From Enoplolaimus lenunculus (Eukaryota): a stretch of DNA of 64,000 nucleotides. Made by a program: the position numbers and the translations under genes. The notes below the pieces were generated by a model. It was not told where the DNA came from. It was given only the letters and a program-made list of their open reading frames with translations, and searched no databases. Of this stretch, positions 25,984-37,810 are shown one piece after another; positions within the stretch are counted from its first letter, which is position 1; every line of letters begins with the position of its first letter. The stretch lies in NCBI GenBank assembly GCA_030248215.1, contig JASANG010001414.1, positions 434,001 to 498,000 of the forward strand, written 5' to 3'.

Positions 25984-28900
25984 TACCTAGCCCTTCCATG
26001 GCATTGCCCTATACGGTAACTAGCTAACAAGCAGCCACAGCTAAAATTTACCAGCTTAGGTCAAGTCGTTCTGTAAGATGTAAAAAATGACAACCGGCTT
26101 TAGCGTTTTTACCCTCGGCATATTTTTGTACCATACCGCATCGAGCGACATAGCTAGCTAGCATTTCCTTGCGATAGGGTATAATAACCTCATGTTACAG
26201 TTTGTGCAAGCGAACTAACCGAGCGAGAAAATTTTTTGATCTCCTAAATCCAGGGTTTCAACCGTATTAAAAGGGCTTTTGTCTTGTTGCGTCAATCATT
26301 GCGGAAGGGGTATATCTCCCACAAATATACGATTATGCACGGTCCGGCTATTACTAAAAAGCTTTGACAAAACTATTTTTGCTTTAGAAAGGCAAAAAAT
26401 GTTGATTTGATTTGACTGTAAATTAGATTGCAGCGTTGGCAGACACATACACGCATTATAAACCTCACACACAATGAACAAATTATGGGTATTAGATAAT
26501 TTTCTTTCTGCAAATACACTTAGTGGTCAGTATTTTTGCCAGGTGAACAGTATCAGATACAAGCAGAAGTTTGTAAAGCAAGTCTGTAGGAATTTGGTTA
26601 AGCGAGCCGGCCCGTGGCCAGAAAAAATCAGCAGGGTCACAGCTTCGCTGAACGAATTTTGCATTCCCAGAAAATTTGAAGTCTCGCTTGAAAGTCGTTT
26701 GAAATCCTTTCATGCCACACCTAAATATATGTGCAAATTTTTTCAGCGAGAACTCGCAACTGCAATTTGCACGCAAAAATTTTTGGTAGAAAGAACTTGC
26801 AGTTGCAAAGTGCACAAGCAAGTTTTTGAAGCGAGTACTTGCAGTAGCAATATGCAGCCGCGTGGCTGCAAAATCTCGGTACAAAAACTTGCGCTTGTAA
26901 ATCGGGCTTTAAACTGAATGAAATCTGTTCGAAACATGTGAGTACTGCTTTAATACCCTGCGATGTACATTTTCAACTTGAGTGCAGCTATGAATTATAA
27001 AAACATTCAACGACCGCGGCGGATCCGAGAATTTGTGAAGGGGATGGGCGGGGTGGCAGAAACTTTATCATTTTATCGCCAAAAAATTTTGTGAGGTGGA
27101 AAACTTGTGTAACGTTTTGAAGACTTGATAACTTTATCACAAAAAATTTCTGAGGGGAAAAAATTAGGGGCATTATTTTATTTTACAAAACATTTCCTGA
27201 TTGAAAAAATTGTAAGTAGGGACGTTACCATGTTCTCACAAAAAATTTGCGATGGGGGGCGTACGCCCTCACGCCCCTCTTGATCCGGTAGTGTTCAGCG
27301 ATGACTATCTACAGGTTTAAGCCTAAAAAAGACGTTTTAATCTAAAAATAACAATGCAATTTGTTAGTCTGGTCACGTTACACAAACTGCAAAACAACAC
27401 CACACGAAGTTTAGAACCAATATTGAAGTTGTCGGAGGCTAATGGCTTAAAGCGGCCGGCAAATCTGCTAAAGATAGAGTTAAAGCTGCATTTACTTTAG
27501 CTATAAAAATCAACAGTTGTTTTGCTATTTATAAAATCTGTTCTTGCTGCTAAAGCACCATGGCTTGACCCAAAGTCTCAGACCACGAAAAATTTTAGGT
27601 TCTGTTTGGTTAAACAGGTTCAATGTACCAATTTGTCAACTAGAGCCGAAGTTGTGGCTCAGCGGAACATTACCGTTTCGACTAAAGATGTAAGATTTGA
27701 CCTAAAAATATTTACAGTTCATGAAATTGGCAAGCTTAAAGCGGTGTCTAACATGTCGGCGAATGCGTATGTGACAAATAGTCAGCTCGTAGAAGTCATT
27801 AATAGAACCAGTTGAACCCAATCAGTTCTTTATGACTCTCTTGAGAGATTTGAAAATATACAGAGCAAACCGGAATAAAAGTTGCCAACGCGACACAGTC
27901 GCTACTGTCGTCCGCGGGCCCGCGGCCAAGGCGGGGCCCGTTGGGACTCAGCCCTCATGGAATAATTTTAGCCCCTCTCCAGAAAATTTTCGACCTTGCT
28001 TGTGAAGTTAACGAAAACCCTTCTATGCCTCTCCTGAAAAGGTTTTAGTCCCTCACCCCTAGCAAGGCAATCTGGCTACAGGCCTGGTAGTCCTTCGTTT
28101 TTTTGCTCAAAATAAATTGACAAAACTTTATGGGTTTTTTAAAATTTATATCCTATTGGAAGCCACATAAAGTTTGAACGTACTACTTTGCCGGACTGTT
28201 TTGGTTACATGGAACATTTTAAGCTGTAGAAGTAAATCCGACTCGTAGACATAGGAGGGCCACGGAACGCTCTGTTGCCTCCAAGCAAAACTTTGCTGTA
28301 CCCTCTGAAAAGTCGCAGTCCTGCTTTACTAAGTCGTGTGAATTCTTCGTATGCCCCGCCGTCAAAAACTGGTCTGCCACACCTGAAACGTTGAGTTGGT
28401 TACGCGCCTGATCGAAATGCCTTGAAGAGTTTACAGCCAGTCTGGTTTACCTTCTCACGGGCTGAACAGGTCTTTAGTAAAATCAGCGGAGTTGAACGTA
28501 ACATGAAAGCTAAGCTTGCCAAAATTCTAATTCACATGCTAATTTTAAGTCGCACAAACAGCGTTTGATTTGCGGATTTTGGTCATGACCTGCTCTATTC
28601 ATTACACAAACATTTTCACGTGTTTATATTAACCTACGTTGTCATACTATGAACAAGTGGTCCAACGCAAAATAAATAATGCCACGACAGGAACAGAAAC
28701 CAGAATAAAGAATTGAATTTTCGTCACCGAAACCTTTATTGTTTGAGCTAAAGGGAGGTTTCAGCTAACTTTTAGCTATTAGATTTTCGACGAACCCTTG
28801 CCATGAGCCTTGTTTATATTTTCACGATTGTAAAATATTAGAAAATCTTAAACAGTTCTTCCTGGACACCGAATCAGAGCTTGAATTCTGATTTATATCA

Positions 28901-29237
28901 GCTGTCTTTCAGTCACTCAACGCTAAAATTAATAACAGTCAAACGAACGGCTTGTGATAAATAGCATTCAGGGTAAAATCATTAATTGTAAGACGCAACC
29001 AATACCGATTAATTTCAGTGGATTTAAACGGTACCTATTACGTAATAGCAACGAAGTAAGTATTTATCCATCAGAATAATATTCTGAATAAATAAACAAA
29101 GCAAATAGTCTTTAAGTATAAGAACGTCCGTAAAATTTCTGGTCAAAATGTAGCCCGTAAACTGCTAATAAATTAAACTTAAGTCGCGGTAGCAACCTTA
29201 GCGCTACAATATTATTACTCTATACGTACGTCATTAA

Positions 29238-29498
29238 CCCCTTCTCACATTGAGTTGCCTATAGGCCACTCAGCGCAGTGTATACGTTAAATAATATATA
29301 TCGCACCGTGTTTAACAATTGCAACACATATACATAGTACTAAATCTCCAGAAGACGTGAGAGCCCCCTCGGGCTCGAGCGTCAAGCTCCTATAGCTAAG
29401 TGGTGATGGTATACGCTTCCCAATCTAGTCGCTGGAGTTCGAATCCTAGCATAAAAGTATGTCTCAGTGGAAATAGAAAATATTCATGTGAGAAAGGG
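29238..29498 (-). mobile_element. piggyBac-type MITE (family A) copy 3, inverted
   Basis: TTAA|CCCCTTCTCACAT...ATGTGAGAAAGGG|TTAA. A degenerate fourth fragment lies at about 2080-2270. Confidence 0.9.
29386..29452 (+). promoter_or_regulatory. tRNA-derived (Gly-like) Pol III internal promoter inside family A MITE; not a functional tRNA
   Basis: A-box-like TAGCTAAGTGG (29393-29403) and B-box GTTCGAATCC (29437-29446) at tRNA-like spacing. Copy 1 reads CGCCTCCCAC between them, resembling the tRNA-Gly(CCC) anticodon arm. No paired acceptor stem. Confidence 0.6.
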
Positions 29499-31220
29499 TT
29501 AATAACTATTAGAATTTCTGCCAGGCAAAGAGTTAACTGGATCATAAATTAAAATAAACGCGGACCGTGACGAGCCTAAACTGCCTAATCCAAATACATT
29601 TTATCATGCACAGGTGCGGTCTTAATGAATAATCATTGACCGTTTGTTAGTTCTACTTTAAAAGCCAATATTAGTCGCTTTTAAGCGCCGGCATGCATTA
29701 ATATCTATATTTCGGACTACTTCAACATTTATTATTAATATAAAGTTACAAAATATATAAATTTATTACAATTCCCGTTAGTAGTTTTTTCGCGTATAAC
29801 AGGACGGATGTAAGGTTTGATTGAGTTTTATCCACGATTCTAGGAAAACTATATACTTTTGCTGGTTTACAAGAAAAGGTTAATTAGGTAAAATATCAAA
29901 ATAACACGGAAACCTGCTAACAGAATTTGTAAGTTTAACAGTTTAAAAGCCGAATATTAAATTTTACGCAGTCAAACAAACGATAGTTAATACAGACTAA
30001 AAAATGGTGAGTCAAATTGAATCTCCGAAATAAGCTTTTCCGGATTGGGTCAAATTGACTTTCTCCGAAATCGGTTTTTCCGGACTACAAAAAGTGAGTC
30101 AAATTCGACAGTCGAATTTGACTAAACAAACTGAGTCAAATTCGACAGTCGAATTTAACTCTTGTGGATTCGAATTTCACTCAGTTTGTGTAGTCCCGAA
30201 ATGCCTATTTCGGAGAAAGTCAATTTAACTCACCGTTTTTTGCAGTGTAGTATCAAAAACTGCGGATTCCAAAATACTTGAATTTTTATCAACAGCCGTA
30301 CTTTCACAATTGTGTATAGCACATATCACCAGTTAGTAATTGGTTTCGACCAAAGCGAGCTACGTGAGCGACAAATTGCAAATTTGACCATAAATTGAGC
30401 AAACCAAATGCATCAATCATACAAATTATATCAAACGTCACCATTTTCTGTATCCAAACAGCAGTCGGTTGAACAATTGGCGATACGTTTTGTACACAAA
30501 TGAACGAGTGTCGGCACGCGCTCCCAGCTATAAACGTTCAACTTAGGTTCAACCAAGCTCTTCCTGAATACATTCAGCCTTATCTACGAATTTATATATC
30601 TTTAAATCAACTTTTTTCAAAAATGAACCAGCCAAAGCTTAACTATCCCAACCTGTTGGTATAGCCAAATGCTTACGATTCAACTAATGATAAATTGGCC
30701 TAACATTCGAAAGGGAAGCCTAGAGCAGCAGAGACTATGCCAAGCCCGTTGGCCAGCTCAACATGCAACAAGGTTACGAAAATATCCAAATAGGCACATG
30801 CAAGGATTTCAGATGACGAACATGCTATATTGAAATTTTTCTGGAATTGGTTCAGCTCTGTCTATGGGTCTGACTCTATGGGACTGAAGCCCCTATCTCA
30901 GGCTACGGGCTCTATCTAAAGGTTTTTATTATATGAAGTATCATTCGTTATGTGTTCGTCTAGTTTTGCGGGTTAGGATGATTCTAAGCTAGTCTACGCT
31001 AATTTGAGCAACTCAGAATTCAGGATTCTAAAGCATCAAAGCAATTAAACGTTTTGTTAGTCAGTTTGTCAGCTAGCACTTAATTATAAACAGAAATAAA
31101 TTTGTCAAAGTCACTGTAGAGGTTAGGGCCTTTTATTCCAGCTCTGACTATTCTCACTGTACGTACGAAGTGATTTTAGTGATTAATATCGATATATATC
31201 AAATCCTCATACCTAAGATA

Positions 31221-31654
31221 CTGTAGCGACCCGAATAACAGGGGGACTGATATTTATTTGGCCTATCCAGACGGTTCCCACTTGTTATTCGGTTACGGAC
31301 TGATATTTATTTTCAACGAGCCCTCCGCCACCCTTCCTTACTCATATATATCAGGTATTGCAACTGTCCGTTGAATTAAATGTTTTTTGCCTTGCATCAA
31401 AAGCTTGAGCGATAATGCAACATTATACTTTGGAATGTTACTTACTTTCAAAACTTAAGTACGCTTTAAAGTTTCGAACTTAAGTTTATTTGGACTTCTA
31501 GTCTGATTTATGCACTACAATTAGGGAAAATTGACCTTTATGGACTCTAATTAGGGTTTAGGGACTCTATCCGCTTACGGACTCTTATTCAGTATACGGA
31601 CTCCAATTGACTGGGACTCAAAATGGGGACCCCTTCTTATTCGGATCACTACAG
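31221..31654. mobile_element. TA-flanked MITE family E, longest copy
   Basis: TA|CTGTAGCGACCCGAATAAC...CTTATTCGGATCACTACAG|TA. Confidence 0.75.
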
Positions 31655-32443
31655 TAGGTTTAGCCATGAGTGAAACATTTCTAATGCTGGTATAAAACAT
31701 AAATGAAGAAAGAACATAAAGTAGCAATAACTTTTTATGTTATTTTTTACAAACCGTTGAGAAAGCTCAATGTGCTTCTAGACTAATACCTCTTTCAACT
31801 TGGGCCATAAAGCACCAAGAGGGCTGAACACAGTTTTATTAAGATGCTGGGCTAACTTATTCTGAACTTCTTTGAATTTAGAATACCCTGCGAGTGCTTC
31901 ATTTAAAGCTGGAACAAGCCAGCAATATACGTAATTTGCTCAACTTTCCAGCATTTACTTTGTTTACAATAAATATTTTCTAAGAACAAAAACGTGATTG
32001 TTCTGTGAAAAGAAACTTTAAACGAAGATTGTTGTTCATTCGCTAACTTTTGCGTATTGCGCAAAGCCGACTGACTAGCATATAAAATTTCTTAAAATTT
32101 TACCGTGACAATGGTTGAGTAATAATATATTCACTCCTCTAGTTCAAACGCTTGCTGCAAGATCGATATAAGAACTGTGAAAAATATTTAACTGCGTTCA
32201 ATGGTCGTACGTTCTGATGTGCTTAGCGCTTATATATTACCAATTCGAGTAATAGGTTCTGAAACAAACCAAATTACTGTAGCTGCAAGTTTGAAATTTG
32301 ACATTATTGCAGGATAAGTTTAGAATACACAAGCTATATTGTGAAACTCACAACTAAATATGACTGAAAAGTTACATGGCCAACCACCAACGAGTCTTAG
32401 ACACACACGTTTGCGAATAAAGGCATAGATGCATAATTGAAGA

Positions 32444-32626
32444 CAATGGCGGATCCACGGGGGGGGCCACCCGGGCCGTGGGCCCCCAACATCATCTCGA
32501 CAAAAATTATATTGGGACTCAAAATGGGGACCCCCTTTTATTTGGTCACTACAGTATGGGTCAAAAATATGTTTATTACCTGTGAAATTTTGCCCCCCCC
32601 ATTTTGAGATCCTGGATCAGCCACTG
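32444..32626. mobile_element. hAT-like MITE with perfect 8-bp TSD
   Basis: attgaaga|CAATGGCGGATCC...GGATCAGCCACTG|attgaaga; contains a right-end fragment of family E (32512-32555). Confidence 0.85.
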
Positions 32627-33152
32627 ATTGAAGACAACGCAGTTTTTATATTAATCCAGCATTTCAGCTATTTTTATCCCATTTTTTACTACTAAGTTCT
32701 CTCTCACTGCAGTGTAATTATGATCAACGACCATAATATTGTTTGCCGGTGTCATTTTTGACCAAAAAATATTTATTGTTTATACAATTATAAGCAAATT
32801 AAATTCAAGTCTCTTACTAAGACTCCCAGCAAATGTTGCAAGCTTTGTTGCGGTTGCCGAATTTTGTCTTGGAAATGGTAAATTTACATTAATTACTGTG
32901 AGCTGTATTTCATTAACATATCTGTGGATGACGCCGAATGTACCGGTGGTACTAGCCAACTTATTTTCAAATCGAAATTGTATGCCAGTAAACCGATTAA
33001 GGGTGACACTATAGTTTTGACGACGTCTGGCGCAGTGTGTCACCATGCATCGCCGTGGGCTACTATCTGTCGCCATACGGTATCGCGCGCGAATATTCAC
33101 GTACGATATCATATGACGATGGACGGCACCGCATTTCGCAATCGTTAGACAT

Positions 33153-33427
33153 AAGCCCTACTCATACGTGCAAGTTTTTGCTGCGAGAACTTGCAGCTGC
33201 TAACTGCACGCAGAACGTGCATTTTTCATCAGTCAATGAGAAAACGGCTGCAATAATTCAGTGAACTTGAATGGTTATTCACACATGTGAACTAATTTCG
33301 TAACTATGATTTTTAATGAAATATTTGCAGCTGCAAGTTTTTCGAACGGTATTTTAGACAAAACTTGCAAGTGCAAGTTGCATCTGCAAGTTCTCGCAGC
33401 GAAAGCTTGCACGTGTGAATAGGGCTT
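33153..33427. mobile_element. Long-TIR MITE family D (AAGCCCTATTCACACGTGCAAG), possibly PIF/Harbinger-like
   Basis: About 45-bp inverted termini in a TA-rich context. Copies at about 23520-23873, 24115-24268, 26720-26910, 37080-37221, 40139-40198 (minimal, TIR only), 46645-46866 and 50059-50335. Confidence 0.75.
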
Positions 33428-35590
33428 AATAAATAAAAAAATTTGTTTCGTTGTTGTGATTCTTAAAAACTAGTACTTGAAGTTAAAGCCTTGCAATGTA
33501 GAATCTTGGCTACACAATCGGTTTCAAGTTGTTTTGTGATTGACTCTCGCAATCAGTAACAGTTTGATTAAAACACACCGGATCCAATCAAATCACGATT
33601 CAAAAAGTATATGTTTCGAAATGCGGTAGCGAATTCTAACAAAGTAAATGTTATCAAATTTTGAAATAAAGTTCTGAATTAACTAATCTCAAAACTACTC
33701 ATATGAACTAAATTAGCTGCAGTAATTCATTGACTTAATATGGAATGCAATCGTGATATCGCTTGTATAAATGCCGTCATTACTAAAGCTTATGATATTA
33801 TTGCGTGAACTAAAATATGTACATTGGCAAAACTTTTCGCTATGGTATATGGCGTGAGATATATTGAAACCAGCATGAAGGTCATGCGAAATCTCATTGC
33901 CGTGGTCACAGAAATGTTGACCAGACATTTTGTTATAGAACTATAATAAATCTAATGAGATTCATTTGAAACATGAAACTGTACTTAAAAGATACACTTC
34001 TGTCTTGCATGGGCTTCGGGTCAATCTATTGAAGACCATACAATTTTTATTTTGTTTAGTTTGTAACGCTTATGCACGCAAAACAATAATTCTGATATTT
34101 ACAAACAAAATGTCTTAGATTAAGGCAATATGATTAGCAAGGCGCACTTGAAAAGTATTTCTGTCATAATGGAAAAATTCTCGAAAAAAAAGTTTTTAAA
34201 TAAAGTCTGAAAATTATTGTATTTAGGAAAAAATTTAACGTTTTTTGTTATTTTTAGGAAAATTGTATTAAATATCAGAAAAAATATCAGTTTCGTCACT
34301 GAAAATACATTCCTGTAATCTTGAATAAATTAAAGAAATAGGTACTTTTTGGGAGTTTGACAAATTATATTTCTTCTACGCAGCTTGCCGAGCAGAGCTG
34401 GTGTTAAATTTTTGGCAATCAACGCCAGTTTTTGACCATAACTCGTTAACCAAACGTCTGAGTACGAAAAATTTAACCCCGTTCGACTTAGCTCCGCAAG
34501 CTGTGTTGAATGGAGTATAATTTGTCAAACTTTTTGACAAAATTTTTTGGTACCAGGGAGGGACCTTGGGATCTTAAAAAATCGAATTTTTCTAAAATTT
34601 AAATTTAGGCGTGCAATGACCAAGGGAGGTCATAAGAAGCTGAAATATGCAAAAATTTTCAAAATTGAGCAATTTTTGGGCAAACGCGGGCTAGGGGAGA
34701 TAACGGAAATTGACCATTTTTCGTATGCACCTAATCAAATTTTTATCCCTAAAAGTAGGTACCATAACTTTAAATTACTATTTTTGACACAGTTAAAATA
34801 ACTTGGCCTGGTGTTCCAACCGTAGTCAGCCCACGCTTTTCAGACGGTTCAAAAACAAACAAATTCCGAGCGGAACATGCGGATAAAACACAATTTTAAT
34901 TGGATAAATTTCAAATTTTCAAATTTTGCACAAAACATTTGAACTCTTGCTTATTCAGCTTCGACGTACCGTCTCTATGGTTACATGGCTGCTGGGTCTG
35001 TATAACTAACTATTAGGTAATATGCAGTATGATTAATTAATTACCGCAATGGGCTAGGCAAAAACGTAGTTATTCACCTTTTATAGAAGCATTAACATGA
35101 AACGTTACGATAAGCTACTACATCACAAATTAATTATACGCTGAAGTGTAAGCCGGGCCAGTAAGCAAGGAAACCTACTGAGTACAGTCCATCCTGACCA
35201 CGTTTGTATATTGTACAACACACCTGTATAACCCTTCACATATCTTGACTCTATGTGTAGGGAGGGCTGTCTGCTGCAATACAACACAACGAACACTTAA
35301 CGCAAACGCAGCTTTTAACTGCATACTTTCAGCTGGGAAACAGTCAGGTTGTAACCAAATATCCGTTTCCGTGTATAGTTTTACGGTAATAGTCTGTGTT
35401 CGTTTCCGTTTCCGTATAGAAATACCGGAAAATTGTTTTACTTTTATGATTTGTTGAAAATAACGTATCTCGCAATTTTTCGAAACTTTTATACTTCAAT
35501 ATCCGTTGTCCGTTTCCGTTATTTTGATCACTGTCCGGTTGCATATTTGATCTCATGACCTCCCCTGATCATTCAACGCTGAACTCTGAG

Positions 35591-35948
35591 TTTTTGAAAA
35601 ATTCTATTTTTAAGGTCCCAAGGTCCACCCTTACGGACCCAAAATAAACAAAATAGACAATATTCGATGTGGCCTGCGGTGCTGAGTTCAATGGGTTCGC
35701 AATCAGACGATTGGTTAACGAATTATGTCAAATAACTGATTTGGCGCCGATCCAAATCGTTGGCAGCGCGCCAAATCAGTTATTTAATAATACTCCTTAA
35801 CCAATAGTCTGGTTGCTAAAATTTAACACCATTTGACTTAACCTTGTATGCTGCATCCAATGGTAAATAATTTGTCTAATTTTCTGACCTACATATTTGG
35901 GTTCCTTGCGGAGGACCTTGGGACCTTAAAAACCGAATTTATCAAAAA
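35591..35948. repeat. Fold-back made of two inverted copies of a repeat also present at ~34430-34720
   Basis: Inverted arms, e.g. TTTTTAAGGTCCCAAGGTCC / GGACCTTGGGACCTTAAAAA and AAATAACTGATTTGGCGC / GCGCCAAATCAGTTATTT. Confidence 0.75.
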
Positions 35949-37382
35949 TTCAAATTTAGGCGTGAAATGATCAGCAAAGGTCATTGGAAGCTCATATGTG
36001 CAAAATTTTCTAAATCCAACACGATTTTTGGGCAAACTCGTGCTGAGGGATAACGGAAAACATCCCAAGGGTGTCACAACGGGGCGGCATTGGCGATTCG
36101 TGTCCCCCTTCAAATTCGGCTGTTGCGTCCCAAATGGACTCGGTCTAAAAGTAAACTGTCTTGAATTGCAATAGTAGGGGTGTTCCAAAGTTCTTCAGTG
36201 CCCCCCTCAAATATTATTTTCTGCGGACGCCTCTGTATGGTGCTAACACATGATACATGAACATATTTTGACATGCAGAGCGCAAGGTGGAAAGCTGATA
36301 AGTTAATTTGCATGAAAAAATTTGCATAAGCCGATGGCATTTTTGAAAATGAAGCATAGGCCCTGAATGTGGTCTGGTTTGGTGTCTATGATTGGAATGA
36401 GCCATACTGCTGCTTACTTCCAAGTGATAACAAAAATAATGACTTGTTTGGTTACTGTAGTGATCCGAATAAGAGGGGGGATTGATATTTATTTGGCTTC
36501 TCCAGAGGGTATCCCCTTGTTATTCGGTTACGGACTGTTATATATTTTCAACCCACGCTCCGCCGCCCTTCGTTGCTGATATATATCCGGTACTGCAATT
36601 ATCCGTTGAATTAAACATTTATTTGTTTTGTGTCAATAGCTTGAGCGATAATACAAGGTTTTAATTTGATCGATCAAACTATTGTAGTTTCGAGCGAGTT
36701 TGTAACCAACTTTTGTGTACAAACCCGATGACGGTTAAGCTATAAATTAATAAACGTCAAAAACTTACTGAAAACGTTACACTTTTAGTTTTAGAATAAA
36801 TTGAACAACTGTCAAGTTTGGGGTGAAAATATACACTTGTCTTAGAAAAAAAACGCCTAATAAATATCACAAATTGTCCTTTACCGCCGTTTCAATTATT
36901 GCGACGTTGTGATGGATCGGACATTTTTTACCAAGAAACGAGAACTATGTCCAAAATTGTATTTAAGTCGCATGCAAATGTTTTAAACGAGCACACGTAC
37001 ACTGCAAACTGAAACAGATACGCTTTGACAGAACGCGGTGGCATACTACGAATTACACGTTTAATTTTTCGGAGCGAAAATTTGTAGCCTCAATTTTCGC
37101 TGCAAAATTTAGGACGTACAGGTTACAGGTTTCGTTTGTATAGGTTTCCGACGCAAAAATTTGCATTTGCAAATTGCAGCTACAAGTTCTCGATGCAAAA
37201 TTTGTCAGTGTGAATGTGGCTAGTCATAAAACAGAATGCTACGACAGATGCAAAAAATTCTAATTTGCTACTGTCGTAAATAAGAGTACAACTCACATAC
37301 TGCTAAACTATGAATCTAAAAATTTTATATTTCATAACCAGTACCTTTAGAATTACTAGCAATAGCAGAAAATACTTACAAC

Positions 37383-37810
37383 CAGGGTGCAACCGGCCGA
37401 TAGGGAAATCCGGCATTTTTCACAATCCGGTTCTGGTGATAAATAAGGTATTTTTGCACCGGAATTTTTCGGTATTTTCGGTAAGGAAAATTTTTCTCAT
37501 TCAAAAATTTATGAAAAATTGGCATATTATTCTAACTTATTTGTCAAAAATTGTCTGAGCGTGTATTGCCAAAATTTTCAATTTTGCCATACTCCATAAT
37601 TTAATATGTTTACACCTACTGCATTTGTTTCAGTATTTTGGCATTCTAAATGGTTTGTTTACAGTATTAAAAGCGATAAAATAGCGCTAAAATGAATTTT
37701 TCGGTAATAAATATTTTTTATTTTCCGATTCCTGCTCCGGTTCCGGTATTTTTTAAATTTTCCGGTTTTCGGTTCCGGTTTTGGTATTTTATAATTCCGG
37801 TTGCACCCTG
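37383..37810. mobile_element. hAT-like MITE, 428 bp
   Basis: Perfect TIR CAGGGTGCAACCGG / CCGGTTGCACCCTG and perfect 8-bp TSD cttacaac, with internal (T)TCCGG repeats. A related element lies at about 24527-24820. Confidence 0.9.

Noticed and set aside
29386..29460. Functional tRNA gene
   Set aside because: No paired acceptor or anticodon stems and it is embedded in a MITE; kept only as a tRNA-derived module.
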